Below are positions 1 through 9,925 of a stretch of 64,000 nucleotides of DNA, piece after piece. Below the pieces are notes generated by a model. That model was not told where the DNA came from, did not search any database, and was given only the letters and a program-made list of their open reading frames with translations. The DNA is taken from the sequence record NZ_CP084013.1. The stretch is one strand, 5' to 3'. The position numbers and the translations under genes are program-made. The stretch comes from a plasmid. Numbering within the stretch: position 1 is the first letter of the stretch; every line of letters begins with the position of its first letter.

Positions 1-31
1 CCCGATCACACTGCCGGCAGGTGCAGTCGCA

Positions 32-472
32 TTGGGCAAGCTCGCCACCAACCGTGACTTCTGGCATGGAGCCAAGGTCGGAATCGGCGCACTGGGAGCC
101 AGAGTGGAGAAGAGCCGCAACGAAATCCTAAGCCTGGGCAACAGGCCCACGACGGTCATGACTCCGATTGCTCCGGTCGAAGACAATCCGTTCGATCTCG
201 ATGAATCATTGAACGAGATGCACTCCGAGGACGGAAGTCTCAACTCCGATGGAGACAAGGCGTTCGGGGTGGTGGAGAACAGCATGATGCACAACTTCCG
301 GCAACAGGGCCACATGAGCGAGCAGGAAGCCGCCGACGCATTGGAGAGCGCGCGTATCACGGGAGAGGTCAAGGAAGCAGCGGCGAAATACCATGCGAAC
401 CTCAACGCGCCGAAGAACCCACCTCGCCAGAAAACGTCTGATGAGTTCGAAACGGATGGAGATGCATTCTGA
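32..472 (+). CDS. C-terminal part of a hypothetical protein (gene starts upstream of window)
   Basis: Long open frame running in from the window edge; no recognisable motif. Confidence 0.3.
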   Translation: MGKLATNRDFWHGAKVGIGALGARVEKSRNEILSLGNRPTTVMTPIAPVEDNPFDLDESLNEMHSEDGSLNSDGDKAFGVVENSMMHNFRQQGHMSEQEAADALESARITGEVKEAAAKYHANLNAPKNPPRQKTSDEFETDGDAF

Positions 473-816
473 TGGACACCGGCACTGTTACTCAGACGGC
501 TGGGCAGGGAGCCGCCGATTTTCTCACCGTCCTGTTCGCTTGGATGTTCACGCCAACGGGAGCCGTGCTGACCCTGCTCCTGTTGGCGGTCGGCGGCGGC
601 AGCGTCTTCATGAAGATCATGGGACGTTCGATGAGAATGTTGTCCGTTGCGGCGAGGATATGCGCGGGCCTGTTCTTCGTGTGGGTCATCAGCGGCGTCC
701 TGGAGGCGATGGGCATTCCCATCCGTGAATGGATGCAGGGGATCGCTAGTCAGCTCCCGGATTTGGGCGTGTTGCTCAAAGCGTTTTTGGAGAGGCTGTT
801 GTTTACGGCATCCTAA
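472..816 (+). CDS. small integral membrane protein (2-3 TM helices)
   Basis: Hydrophobic stretches LTLLLLAVGGGSVF and ICAGLFFVWVISGVL; start overlaps stop of the preceding ORF. Confidence 0.35.
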   Translation: MDTGTVTQTAGQGAADFLTVLFAWMFTPTGAVLTLLLLAVGGGSVFMKIMGRSMRMLSVAARICAGLFFVWVISGVLEAMGIPIREWMQGIASQLPDLGVLLKAFLERLLFTAS

Positions 817-952
817 AATTTTCGCAAAGAACTGTGGGAATGCGGGAATGGTTTGGCAGATGAATGCGGAAGCGTTTCTCTGCCTGATCATTCCCGCATT
901 GTGTTGTTTTCCTGTTGATTGGGAGAGCTGGTTCCACAAAAAAATGCGCCTC

Positions 953-982
953 TGCTACACTGAATGTGGCCACATAAAAAAA
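953..982 (+). promoter_or_regulatory. degenerate copy of the recurrent promoter-like motif (TGCTACACTGAATGTGGCCACATAAAAA) upstream of parA
   Basis: About 20/26 matches to the TGTTATACTGAATATATCCACATAGA consensus seen at five other sites; lies 57 bp upstream of the parA ATG. Confidence 0.4.
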
Positions 983-1038
983 GCGCGTCCCACGCCTCCA
1001 CCTTGGCGGCGGAAAACGTGAACAGAGGAGAAAACAGC

Positions 1039-1701
1039 ATGCTGAAAAGCACGATTCTTGTCGCGGTCGCCGACATCAAAGGCGGCGTCGGAAAAACGAC
1101 GACAGCCATGCTCATCGCCGGATGCCTCGCCCGACGCGGCGAACACGTCACGGTTCTGGACGCCGACAACACCGGTGGCGCGACGCTCTGGGACGAATAC
1201 GTGCGAATCGAGGACGATCGTCGTCGCAAAGAAGACGAAGCCAACGGGACTCCGCACAAACCCTACAAGCTGGGTTTCGACGTGATCCAAACCAATGACG
1301 TGATCCTCGGAATGCCCGACAGGATTCGCGAACGCTACAAAGGATGGGTCATCATCGACACGCCTCCATCCGATGCGGGAACGGTGCAGACGGCACTCCA
1401 GGCGGCCGACGTGTCAATCATCCCCTGCCAGCCGTCCATCAGCGATTTGAGCCATGCAGGGAAAACCTATGCGGCCGCCAGAAACGGCATCATCCTGCTC
1501 ACGCGAGTGAAAGCGCGAACCAAACTCGCGCGTGACGCAGTGAAACAATTGGATGAGCTGGAGGCAACACGATTCGAAACGGTCATCCACGAGAGGGAAG
1601 CCATCAAGAATCTGTACGGAACCAACCAGATAGACAACAGGGATTACGCTTCCGTCACCCAAGAGCTCATTGACCTCGTCAAACAGTTCGGCATCGAGTA
1701 G
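1039..1701 (+). CDS. parA: ParA/Soj-family partition ATPase
   Basis: Deviant Walker A KGGVGKTT near the N-terminus, size about 220 aa, RBS GAGGAG before the ATG. Confidence 0.8.
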   Translation: MLKSTILVAVADIKGGVGKTTTAMLIAGCLARRGEHVTVLDADNTGGATLWDEYVRIEDDRRRKEDEANGTPHKPYKLGFDVIQTNDVILGMPDRIRERYKGWVIIDTPPSDAGTVQTALQAADVSIIPCQPSISDLSHAGKTYAAARNGIILLTRVKARTKLARDAVKQLDELEATRFETVIHEREAIKNLYGTNQIDNRDYASVTQELIDLVKQFGIE

Positions 1702-1711
1702 GAGTTGAAAC

Positions 1712-2095
1712 ATGGTAAAGAATATCAACAGCGCTTTCGGACGCGGCCTGCAGGACACTCGCGACATGGGGCGTCGGCCTCTCCTATCCGAACCCCCCGA
1801 ACCGAAGATGACGGTCGAGGCTCCCGAGCAGAAAGCAGTCTCTGAAGCAATCCCGGAAGATCATGAGACGAAAACGAATGAAGCATCCGGGAGGGCCGGC
1901 CGGAGGAAGCCCGTGTATTCGTTCGACCGGAGGCTCGGCACGAACCTGACGGATGAAAACTATCTCGCGCTGCGAATCAAGTCGGTCGAGACGAACATGA
2001 CCACGCAGGCTCTTCTTAACGCTGCGGTGGAACAATGCTTCGTCAACGGAGGACTTGACATGGAGCTGGCCAGAAAATACGCGCAGACCCGCTGA
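1712..2095 (+). CDS. putative small centromere-binding partner of ParA (RHH/ParG-like)
   Basis: 127-aa gene immediately after parA; disordered N-terminus and a C-terminal beta-alpha-alpha-like segment (VYSFDRRLGTNLTDENYLALRIKSVE...); followed by a terminator. Confidence 0.4.
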   Translation: MVKNINSAFGRGLQDTRDMGRRPLLSEPPEPKMTVEAPEQKAVSEAIPEDHETKTNEASGRAGRRKPVYSFDRRLGTNLTDENYLALRIKSVETNMTTQALLNAAVEQCFVNGGLDMELARKYAQTR

Positions 2096-2100
2096 CACAA

Positions 2101-2137
2101 AAAGAGACTCGGCAGTATCCGAGTCTCTTTTTTCTTT
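2101..2137 (+). terminator. rho-independent terminator
   Basis: Perfect hairpin AAAGAGACTCGG-CAGTAT-CCGAGTCTCTTT followed by TTTCTTTT. Confidence 0.6.
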
Positions 2138-2217
2138 TCCCGACTTCCACCGCTTTCACGCTGAGACTCCGGATAGTCTGACACTAGATAACACGTTCAG
2201 ATTCTCAAGGAGACGAA

Positions 2218-3432
2218 GTGGCACGAAAAGCATCCGTTGAATCTCCAATGGACATCACCGAAGACAAACGGAAGAACGAAGTCGAACTGACGGCAATCAA
2301 ACGCGCCATGCGAAACACCCGCTGGTGGAAAGTTTTCATCACCGTGTTCATGATCGCCGGAATCGTCGCTCCCGTCATCAGCATTCACGCAATCAGCACG
2401 CTGCAGGACATGGGTTCCATGTTGAGCGCGAAATACAAGGAGATCAGCGTAGACAAACCAGGGAAACAGGCAGCCTTGGCGTCCGTCAACAAATGGTTGG
2501 ACACAAACAAAGGACCATTCCGTTACGGGACCACGAACCTGTTATGGGATTCGGCGACAAAAGTCGGATCCAGTGACGAGGACACCGGAACAGGAAAGGA
2601 ACATACCGACTGGTGGAGCCACCAGTTCTCCCTGACCGACCTGTCCGACGGATCCACCCGCGACGTAACCCAGCTCATTTCATGGAAGAACAACGTGGCC
2701 ACCGCCGTGGGAGAGCCAACAGTGCTGCCGTTGAAAGCAAGCGGCGCTGGCGGAGCCCAATCCTATACGCCATCCGGATACTCTCGCATCGACCAGGCGT
2801 CCAGCTTCCAGAACGTCGTCAACGCTTGGGCGAAAGCCTACATCGGGAAAGACAGCAACGCGTTCACCGTGCTGGTCGGGGACCCGAACAGCGAGCACGC
2901 CTACCAGCCAGCAGCCATCGGAACATTCAAAAACGTGAGCATCAACTGGCTTGTGGAGTGCGACAAGAACGGGCAATCCGTACCAAAGGAACAATCCAGC
3001 GACACGCCTCCCTATGCTGCGGCGTCGATCAGCATCACATTCGAACCGTATGCCGCGATGCAAGACAGTTCCGATAAGGGAAGCGACACGTCATCTTCGG
3101 ACAACACCGGCGGCTCGACCGTCAAGACGAACATCACCGTACTGGTCAAGAACCCTACATCCGGCAACGCGAAGATCATCGACTGGGGAGCGGATGGCAG
3201 CGTCAGGACGTTGAGACCCTATGCGAACGCACTGAACAAAAGCGACGTGACCTCGGCGAACTCCGACGACGAGACCGGCGGCACCGATTCCGCCGGGACC
3301 ACATCGCAGGACACCCAGTCCGACGATTCCACCGCCGACGGTTCCAAGGCATCATCGGGCAACGGCACGTCGGACAACACCTCAGACGGCACATCGTCGG
3401 ACGGTACGGCATCCGACAGCCAAAACAACTAA
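2218..3432 (+). CDS. membrane protein with Ser/Thr/Asp-rich C-terminal tail
   Basis: GTG start after AAGGAGA RBS; one N-terminal TM segment (VFITVFMIAGIVAPVI); low-complexity S/T/D-rich C-terminus. Confidence 0.5.
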   Translation: MARKASVESPMDITEDKRKNEVELTAIKRAMRNTRWWKVFITVFMIAGIVAPVISIHAISTLQDMGSMLSAKYKEISVDKPGKQAALASVNKWLDTNKGPFRYGTTNLLWDSATKVGSSDEDTGTGKEHTDWWSHQFSLTDLSDGSTRDVTQLISWKNNVATAVGEPTVLPLKASGAGGAQSYTPSGYSRIDQASSFQNVVNAWAKAYIGKDSNAFTVLVGDPNSEHAYQPAAIGTFKNVSINWLVECDKNGQSVPKEQSSDTPPYAAASISITFEPYAAMQDSSDKGSDTSSSDNTGGSTVKTNITVLVKNPTSGNAKIIDWGADGSVRTLRPYANALNKSDVTSANSDDETGGTDSAGTTSQDTQSDDSTADGSKASSGNGTSDNTSDGTSSDGTASDSQNN

Positions 3433-3442
3433 GGAGACCATC

Positions 3443-3577
3443 ATGGCCAATGACAAGAAACCGGAACTTCCCCCATTTGCGGAATTCGTCAACAGCAACG
3501 CCGACCTGTTCGGAGCGATCATCGTCATCCTATTCGGCATCGCGGTCGTCTGGACCATCATCAGCGGACTGTTCTAG
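3443..3577 (+). CDS. small membrane protein (44 aa)
   Basis: ATG after AAGGAGA; single TM helix AIIVILFGIAVVWTIISGLF. Confidence 0.3.
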   Translation: MANDKKPELPPFAEFVNSNADLFGAIIVILFGIAVVWTIISGLF

Positions 3578-3591
3578 AAGAGGAAACCGTC

Positions 3592-4584
3592 GTGGCATCG
3601 AGAAAAAACAAGACCGGCATAACCGTCGCCGGCATCCTTGGCGGCTTGGCCATCGTGCTCATAACCATCATCGTCATCATCCAAACCGGAGTATGGGCCA
3701 CGGTCGCCCCACAATTCGGGTTGCCTGCAATAACCAGCATCAGTCAGATACTTCCGAGCGAAGACTCCATGCAGAAAACAAACATCGGCTTGGGGTTGAA
3801 AAAACCGGACCTGTCGAAAAACGAAGGCCAGATCAAAGACGGTCTGACCTCCTCGGGGAACACCGGAGAAAAGGATTCCACGAACACGGATATGGGAGCG
3901 AGCGGACTGCCGGCTTCCGCAGCAAGCCCCATGAGCGTGTCCGAAGCCATCACAGCCGCCCGGAACCTCCCGACCGAAACACCCCATACGAAGGGCTACA
4001 ATCGCGCCGAGGATTTCGGGGACTGGCAGAACAGCGACCAGCTTTGCGGATACGGAACCACCCGCGACTACATTCTCAACCGTGACCTGACCAATCCGGT
4101 CATGGACTCCAATTGCAAGGTGCAATCCGGGACACTGCATGACCCCTATACGGGCCAGACCATCAACTTCCGGAAGAGCGTCGTGAAGAATGGGAAGACC
4201 GTCAGCGGAGACAGCACCGCAGTGCAGATCGACCATGTGGTCGCCTTGAACGACGCATGGGCCTCCGGCCTGTGGAAGAACTCAAGGAAAAACGATCGCG
4301 TGAAATACGCAAACGATCCGGACGTGCTGCTTGCCAGCCAAGGGGATGCCAACAATGCGAAAAGCGAGGGCATCAACCTGTACGGGAGCGGTGTCCCCAA
4401 GAAGTCCGTCGGACGATGGGCCGCATCCACCCCATCCGTCTGGCTGCCAAGCAACAGCGGCTACCAGTGCTCCTACATGGCCAAGCGCGTCTACATCAAA
4501 GACAAGTATGGACTTTCCATGAGCAGCTGGGAGAAAAGCGAGACGATTGGATTCCTGCAGCAATGCCAGGCGAAAGAAAATTAA
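3592..4584 (+). CDS. secreted/membrane-anchored HNH endonuclease (DUF1524 / GmrSD C-terminal-domain type)
   Basis: N-terminal TM/signal segment; motif IDHVVALNDAWASG...N typical of DUF1524 HNH nucleases. Confidence 0.55.
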   Translation: MASRKNKTGITVAGILGGLAIVLITIIVIIQTGVWATVAPQFGLPAITSISQILPSEDSMQKTNIGLGLKKPDLSKNEGQIKDGLTSSGNTGEKDSTNTDMGASGLPASAASPMSVSEAITAARNLPTETPHTKGYNRAEDFGDWQNSDQLCGYGTTRDYILNRDLTNPVMDSNCKVQSGTLHDPYTGQTINFRKSVVKNGKTVSGDSTAVQIDHVVALNDAWASGLWKNSRKNDRVKYANDPDVLLASQGDANNAKSEGINLYGSGVPKKSVGRWAASTPSVWLPSNSGYQCSYMAKRVYIKDKYGLSMSSWEKSETIGFLQQCQAKEN

Positions 4585-4808
4585 GCCATTCCGAAGAAAA
4601 CTAGGAATTATCTGATTGTTTCAATATATTGCCTGTTGTTTCGGAAACACTACGGTAGGTTGAGATATCAGGATGAGGGCCTACGTTCTCTCGACCCGAA
4701 TCCTCTCGGTGGTAATCCTGTTTTTCCTCGGATTCTCCTATGGTGCGGCTTCCCCTTGTGGACTTTTTGGGTGAGCCGCACCTTTTCTTTTTTCTGAAAC
4801 AATTCTGT

Positions 4809-4840
4809 TATGCCTGTTAAACTGAATATATCTACATAGA
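4809..4840 (+). promoter_or_regulatory. recurrent promoter-like motif copy (TATGCCTGTTAAACTGAATATATCTACATAGA)
   Basis: Extended -10 like TGTTAAACT; ATG of ORF 4843 lies immediately downstream. Confidence 0.5.
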
Positions 4841-4842
4841 GT

Positions 4843-5136
4843 ATGGAACAGCAAGGAGATCCATTGTCTGAAGACAAGACCGAAAAACTCGGCGACTTTA
4901 TGCGCCGCGTAAAAGACGACACGGTGCTCAACCTGTACTTCGTCACGGAGACCGGGTCGAAAAGAATACCGACACCACTGTTCGGCAACCCCACTGCGGA
5001 ACAGCTGAGGGACAACAGGTACCTGCAATCCCAGGTGGTCGCATCCCGCAAGCACTATTGCAATGAGGTGATCAGCAGCGGATGGACCGTCCACGTGGAT
5101 ACCAAGTTCGATCAGGAGGCTTTCGAGAATGCCTAG
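4843..5136 (+). CDS. hypothetical protein (97 aa)
   Basis: ORF directly behind a motif copy; no recognisable domain. Confidence 0.4.
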   Translation: MEQQGDPLSEDKTEKLGDFMRRVKDDTVLNLYFVTETGSKRIPTPLFGNPTAEQLRDNRYLQSQVVASRKHYCNEVISSGWTVHVDTKFDQEAFENA

Positions 5137-5242
5137 AGCGGATAGAGGCTGGAGAATCTGCGGGCGTCGGTTCGGCTTTCTCGGTACTAGGCACCTGTCT
5201 TAAACCTTGGATATCTTTCATTGGGATTTTCTTCTACGATAT

Positions 5243-5274
5243 ATGCCTGTTATACTGAATATATCCACATAGAT
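5243..5274 (+). promoter_or_regulatory. recurrent promoter-like motif copy (consensus: TATGCCTGTTATACTGAATATATCCACATAGA)
   Basis: Extended -10 TGTTATACT; RBS GAAGGAAGA and ATG 5295 downstream. Confidence 0.55.
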
Positions 5275-5294
5275 AATTGAAGGAAGACCCACCA

Positions 5295-5585
5295 ATGAGC
5301 CACGCAGCCAACACAAGCATCCAAGACATCCAAAACGGAATAGGAGACTTCGTGCTCCGTCCCGAAGCAGACCGCAACAGCCTCGACGGCTATATGAAAC
5401 TACCCGAACAAAACCGTCTCAACACCTGCTCCCATGGATGTCTCATCGAACAAGGCGTGAAATCACACATGACCTACCACGATGACGGCAGCGGAGACTG
5501 GACACTCTGCAAAGACGACCCGGACTATGGGCAGTATGTCGCAGCAGGCAATCCAACGAGCGTTCCCGCGAATCCCGTCATCTGA
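5295..5585 (+). CDS. hypothetical protein (about 96 aa)
   Basis: ATG 8 nt after GAAGGAAGA; the ORF track extends the frame to a TTG at 5277. Confidence 0.4.
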   Translation: MSHAANTSIQDIQNGIGDFVLRPEADRNSLDGYMKLPEQNRLNTCSHGCLIEQGVKSHMTYHDDGSGDWTLCKDDPDYGQYVAAGNPTSVPANPVI

Positions 5586-5602
5586 ATAGAAAGAACGAAA
5601 TC

Positions 5603-6355
5603 ATGTCCATTAAGTCAACGCAAGCGAAACAACAGCTCAGAAACAGCGATGGCACATTCGCCAACGAGAACAAGAAGGCGGGACTTCCCTCCAACGACAT
5701 GATTCAGCGTGCCTCCAAATTGTTAGCGAAAAGCTCGGCGACCGTTGATGAGCCGATCATCAAGCCCTCCGTGAAGTCGGAAGGCTACATGGGATCCACC
5801 GCCATCACCGGCGGCAAATACGATGCCAGTCGCAGTCCGGCGGAAAACGCGAAACTCATGCGCGCGGACATCAAAGCATTGCGGAAGAACGGTCAACTTC
5901 CAAAAGATTGGAAGATCGGAGTCCGAACAAGTACAGGTTCCGCAAGTTGGAGAGCCCGATTCACCATCCAACTGCCGGAAGGCGAATCCTCCACATACGT
6001 GCCGACCCACGCCGAATATATGGCTGCGGATTCCGAAGACCGGATCATCGGTCCGGAACACAGGGCCGGACGAGGAATCATCGAAGCTCATGGAGGAAGC
6101 GCCTCCTCCGACGAATGGGATGAAACAGCACGGCGAATCAACCAGAAAATCCAGAACAACGAACAGCTGACCGTAGAAGAGCAAGCCTGCGTCATCGAAA
6201 CTCCAAAAGTCCGCAACGCAAAGAAACTCTGCCAGCAGGTCGGCGACCAGTACACGTATCAGAACAACAACGCCATGGTCGACTACTTCGACACGGACGG
6301 ATACGTCACCGTGCAAGCCGTGACCGGAATCAAGAAACCAGAAAACAATGAGTGA
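5603..6355 (+). CDS. hypothetical protein with N-terminal R-x-SDG-x-FA-x-E-x-K motif
   Basis: 250-aa ORF; N-terminus resembles that of the partial ORF at 63771. Confidence 0.45.
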   Translation: MSIKSTQAKQQLRNSDGTFANENKKAGLPSNDMIQRASKLLAKSSATVDEPIIKPSVKSEGYMGSTAITGGKYDASRSPAENAKLMRADIKALRKNGQLPKDWKIGVRTSTGSASWRARFTIQLPEGESSTYVPTHAEYMAADSEDRIIGPEHRAGRGIIEAHGGSASSDEWDETARRINQKIQNNEQLTVEEQACVIETPKVRNAKKLCQQVGDQYTYQNNNAMVDYFDTDGYVTVQAVTGIKKPENNE

Positions 6356-6728
6356 ACCAGTACGAAACTTCAAACAAATCATTCGGATCAAAGGCACCGG
6401 CGATGACGCTTACCCAAATCCCGGAACGTTGATGCTATGGGGAGACAACTGGACGTTGTTGGATTGGATCCGGCAACACACGGACTACAGCAAGGACACC
6501 AGAACAACCCCCGTTGACGTTGACGTGCTGACTCGGCTTCACGAGTATGCGACCGGTATCGCCAACCAGAACGGGCGCCATGATGTTCGACGTGGTGAGG
6601 CCGCGTGCATCGTCGCCGGAGTGGAATCCGTGCAATCCTATCTGCGACGCAACCCTGGCGTGGAACTCGAATTCGCATTGATTCAAACGGATTCGCATCC
6701 ATCAGCCCACATCGAAGAAGGAGCCTAA
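6348..6728 (+). CDS. hypothetical protein
   Basis: 126-aa ORF overlapping the stop of the previous gene (operon-like). Confidence 0.4.
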   Translation: MSEPVRNFKQIIRIKGTGDDAYPNPGTLMLWGDNWTLLDWIRQHTDYSKDTRTTPVDVDVLTRLHEYATGIANQNGRHDVRRGEAACIVAGVESVQSYLRRNPGVELEFALIQTDSHPSAHIEEGA

Positions 6729-6730
6729 TC

Positions 6731-6987
6731 GTGTCCGAGAAAATCGACCTGCAGCAGGAAGCATTGAATGCCTTGAAGGATGCAGGCCTTGGAAGTAACA
6801 GCCTCAGACAAGCATTCATCAAAGGTTATCGCGCTCACGCCTACCGTCAGCCCAGCCAGGAAGAGGAACATGTTGCGGCCGTCACGATGTCTGGACGCAT
6901 GCGTTCCATCTTCCACTTGGAAGAATCGGATGAAGACAATCTGACCAGCAAGTGTTCCTGCATCTATTCTGATATTCAAACCGCTTT
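6731..6987 (+). pseudogene. 5' part of a gene interrupted by an IS200/IS605 insertion (3' part resumes around 8381..8700)
   Basis: GTG start after GAAGGAG RBS; reading frame runs into the IS right-end hairpin; a coding-looking 100-aa C-terminal frame without a start resumes right after the IS left end. Confidence 0.35.
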
Positions 6988-7200
6988 GCTTGACATCCTC
7001 CCCCGCATGAATGCGGGGGATTCCCGAATCTTACGGTTCGGGTTTCTGTTCGCTACGACAAAACAAGAAAGGAGGGGACGCTAATGCGAGACCTTGGTTC
7101 CGGTTCTGCCGTCCTTGCAGACGCTAACCGCAAGCCCTGCGGCGAGGATGTTTTCGGCTGCGTTCAAATCCCTGTCATGGGTTGTTCCGCAGTCCGGGCA
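6988..7200 (-). ncRNA. predicted omega-RNA (guide-RNA scaffold) overlapping the tnpB 3' end and RE
   Basis: Inferred from the known TnpB architecture; RE hairpin present; not verified structurally. Confidence 0.3.
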
Positions 7201-8310
7201 CGTCCATGCCCTGACTTTGAGGCCGGGCATGCCCTTCGGCCCGGTCTTCGCCCCGCAGTGGGAGCAGATTTGCGTGCTCGGATAATACCTATCGATGGTT
7301 ATGAGCTGTCGCCCGTACCATTCGGCCTTGTATTCGAGCATTCGACGGAACTCCGACCATCCGGCGTCCATGATGCTTCCGTTCAGCCCGTTTTTCGCGG
7401 ACTGGCCGTTGGGGAGCCAATGGTTCGGATTGTCCGGGTCGGGTTTCGGCGCGCATCTTTTGGCCATGTTCTTCACGTTGAGGTCTTCGAGTACCACCGT
7501 TTGGTTCTCGCGGATTATCCTCGTGCTCAACTTGTGGAGGAAGTCACGGCGCATGTCCGTGATTCTGGCGTAGGTGCGGGCCACCTTGAGGGCGGCTTTC
7601 CGACGATTGTTGCTGCCTTTGGTTTTGCGGGACAGCGTCCGTTGCTCCCGTTCCAACCGTTCGGCGAGTTTCTTGTAGTGGCGTGGGTTCGCTATGGTCT
7701 CCCCGTCGCTGGTGACGGCGTAGCTGTCCACTCCCAAGTCGATTCCGATTGCGTTCCTTCGGGCGGGGAGAGGGCGGATGGTCTCCTCCACGAGGATGCT
7801 GACGTGCCATCGTCCGGCGGCGTCCAAGCTTACGGTCACGGTGCTCGGCTCCGTCTTGCGGGGCAGTGTTCTGGACCATCGTATCGGCAATGGTTCGCGC
7901 ATCTTGGCGAGCGTGAGTTCATTGCGTTTGGCGTCCCATTTGAACGCGCTTCGAGTGTATTCGGCGCTTCCGCCGTGGGATTTGGCCTTGAATCTCGGAT
8001 AGTCGCCGGTCTGCTTGAAGAAGTTGGAGAACGCCGTCTGCAAGTGTCTCAACGCCTGTTGCAGTGGCACGCAGGACACTTCGTTCATGTACGAGTATTC
8101 AGCTGTTTTCTTCCATTGGGTGAGCATGGCGCTGGTCTGGACGTAGGTGACGCTCCTGTGCTCCGCCGTCCATGCGACGGAACGGGCTTCCAACGCGAGA
8201 TTGTAGACCTTTCGGCAGCAGCCGACCGTGCGCCTGAGCAGTTGTTCCTGCTCGGGTGTCGGGTAGAAGCGGAACCTGTACGCCCGCTTGCATGCATGCC
8301 TTCTGACCAT
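7081..8310 (-). CDS. tnpB: TnpB (IS605 OrfB-family RNA-guided nuclease homologue)
   Basis: 409 aa; RuvC-like core with C-terminal zinc ribbon CSHCG...CPDCG; similarity to the other tnpB copies in the window. Confidence 0.85.
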   Translation of the reverse strand: MVRRHACKRAYRFRFYPTPEQEQLLRRTVGCCRKVYNLALEARSVAWTAEHRSVTYVQTSAMLTQWKKTAEYSYMNEVSCVPLQQALRHLQTAFSNFFKQTGDYPRFKAKSHGGSAEYTRSAFKWDAKRNELTLAKMREPLPIRWSRTLPRKTEPSTVTVSLDAAGRWHVSILVEETIRPLPARRNAIGIDLGVDSYAVTSDGETIANPRHYKKLAERLEREQRTLSRKTKGSNNRRKAALKVARTYARITDMRRDFLHKLSTRIIRENQTVVLEDLNVKNMAKRCAPKPDPDNPNHWLPNGQSAKNGLNGSIMDAGWSEFRRMLEYKAEWYGRQLITIDRYYPSTQICSHCGAKTGPKGMPGLKVRAWTCPDCGTTHDRDLNAAENILAAGLAVSVCKDGRTGTKVSH

Positions 8311-8380
8311 GTTTCACATTATATCATATCAATCTGTGAAAGGAGGACGGTTTGCTTCCTCCCCGCCCTAAAGGACAGGG

Positions 8381-8700
8381 TCTCCGCAAACCAAAAAAAA
8401 GATGACATACGTATCCGATTCGAAGGGAAAACGGTAGAAGTCGAATTCAATGACACAGCCCCGAAGCCACTGCAAGGCTTTACAGTCACCGCGCCCGTTC
8501 AGATTCTGGAACACAACACCGGATGCTGGTGGGAGAGAACAATCACGGCACGAATCAGAGACAGCTCAACCATTCCCGTCGTGCTGGATCACGTGTATTG
8601 GAATTGGATCACCGGCACACCCATGCACATTCATCTCGACGGCATTCAACGCATCCGGGTCATCGAAGACAAGCATCATCAAAGAGAGGAAAACAATTGA
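8381..8700 (+). pseudogene. 3' part of the gene split by the IS at 6988..8380
   Basis: Open frame with no start codon beginning exactly at the IS left-end boundary. Confidence 0.3.
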
Positions 8701-8703
8701 GCG

Positions 8704-9026
8704 TGAACCAACCGTTGACGGACAGCGAAGCCAGGAACATCTTCATAAACGGCGCGGAGGACTTCTATTCACTGTCGGCAAACCCGCAATTCTCCAACGT
8801 AGCCGAACTGTTTGACGCCTGGCTTACCGAGCATGATCGCCAACTGCTGGCCAAAACAGAAACCGAAGCAGGGAAACGAATCTCCAGCGAACTCAAACTC
8901 GAACATGCAAGCGACGCCCACGCCCGAACAGAACCATCCCGCGCATACATTCAAGGATGCAAGGCCGCGAGAAGCCTGCTCGAGGACGCCATCCGAGACA
9001 TGACGCAAGAACAAGGGACGCTATGA
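8704..9026 (+). CDS. hypothetical protein
   Basis: GTG after GAGGAA RBS; 107 aa. Confidence 0.4.
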
Positions 9027-9307
9027 GTTTCACCGAGAAGAAATTCGTCACAATCCACTGCGACGAATGCGATGAACAATACGAGCCCGAAGACGGCAGC
9101 GCTTATTACACAGACAAAGACGACGCAGACGATGACGCCAGTTCCGACGGATGGCAATTGGATGGAGACGAAAACCACTACTGTCCGCAACACTGGCATC
9201 TGACCTGCAGCAAATGCGGGAAAACAGCAATGGGAAACCATGACGAACTCATTGAAAACGGATGGGACTGCGCCACAGACGAGTGGCTGTGCCCGGAATG
9301 TCATTAA
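9023..9307 (+). CDS. small zinc-ribbon protein
   Basis: ATGA overlap with the upstream stop; CDECDEQ...CPQH and CSKCG...CPEC cysteine pairs. Confidence 0.45.
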   Translation: MSFTEKKFVTIHCDECDEQYEPEDGSAYYTDKDDADDDASSDGWQLDGDENHYCPQHWHLTCSKCGKTAMGNHDELIENGWDCATDEWLCPECH

Positions 9308-9316
9308 GGAGAAAAA

Positions 9317-9694
9317 TTGAGCAAATTCTACGAACCATTAAAAACAATCGTCGAAAAGGATGATTGGAAGATCGTCGAGGAGAACGAACACACTCTGGCC
9401 TGTTCCTGTAACGGGTTGAACGGCTGGGCTATCAGCGGCATGAGTGTGGTGGAATATTCGCAACGACGTTTGGCTTTCTTCCGGGACAATAGGCTGATCG
9501 GTGAAATCAAACTGTATGACCTTGACCTGGCGGGACGAGTCGTTGATGAATACATGACCGGCGGGTTCACTCCGACCATGTTCATTTCCTTGGATACGAC
9601 GATGGAACAGTGGTGCCAGCAAATCGAAGACGCCTATGCAGGAGTGCTGACTGGACTTGAAGAGGAGGAAGATGCTGATGCCGGAAGCCAATGA
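9317..9694 (+). CDS. hypothetical protein
   Basis: TTG after AAGGAGA RBS; 125 aa. Confidence 0.4.
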   Translation: MSKFYEPLKTIVEKDDWKIVEENEHTLACSCNGLNGWAISGMSVVEYSQRRLAFFRDNRLIGEIKLYDLDLAGRVVDEYMTGGFTPTMFISLDTTMEQWCQQIEDAYAGVLTGLEEEEDADAGSQ

Positions 9695-9925
9695 GAGCAT
9701 TGCACCTTTCACTCTGCTGGGTGGAATCCTGTATCTAAACGAGTTCGAACTGTTGCCGGGACTGTCGGCTGACGCTTGCCGGAATATCGGACGACTGCGG
9801 CGTAAAGCCGTATCAGCTCATCTGGTAGGTGACAGGAAAACGGTTGTCTCCTGTGCCAGACAGATCAACCGTGTGGTCGAAGCAGACAAGCGACGCCGAG
9901 AACGACTCTCCTCCAACACCGGTTT
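9675..9925 (+). pseudogene. 5' part of a gene apparently interrupted by the IS at 9925..11700 (possible 3' part 11705..11901)
   Basis: ORF reads into the IS left-end hairpin; a second ORF begins inside the RE hairpin and continues 200 bp beyond it. Confidence 0.3.

Larger units (their letters stand above)
6988..8380 (-). mobile_element. IS200/IS605-family element carrying tnpB only (IS1341-like)
   Basis: RE hairpin CCCCCGCATTCATGCGGGGG and end GGAGGATGTCAAGC (minus strand) shared with the element at 15178..16977; LE ...GTCCTTTAGGGCGG also shared. Confidence 0.6.

Noticed and set aside
7084-8700. 538-aa plus-strand ORF overlapping tnpB
   Set aside because: Antisense to a well-supported TnpB with a zinc ribbon. 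Only its last about 100 codons, beyond the IS boundary, look coding, and those are treated as the 3' part of a split gene.
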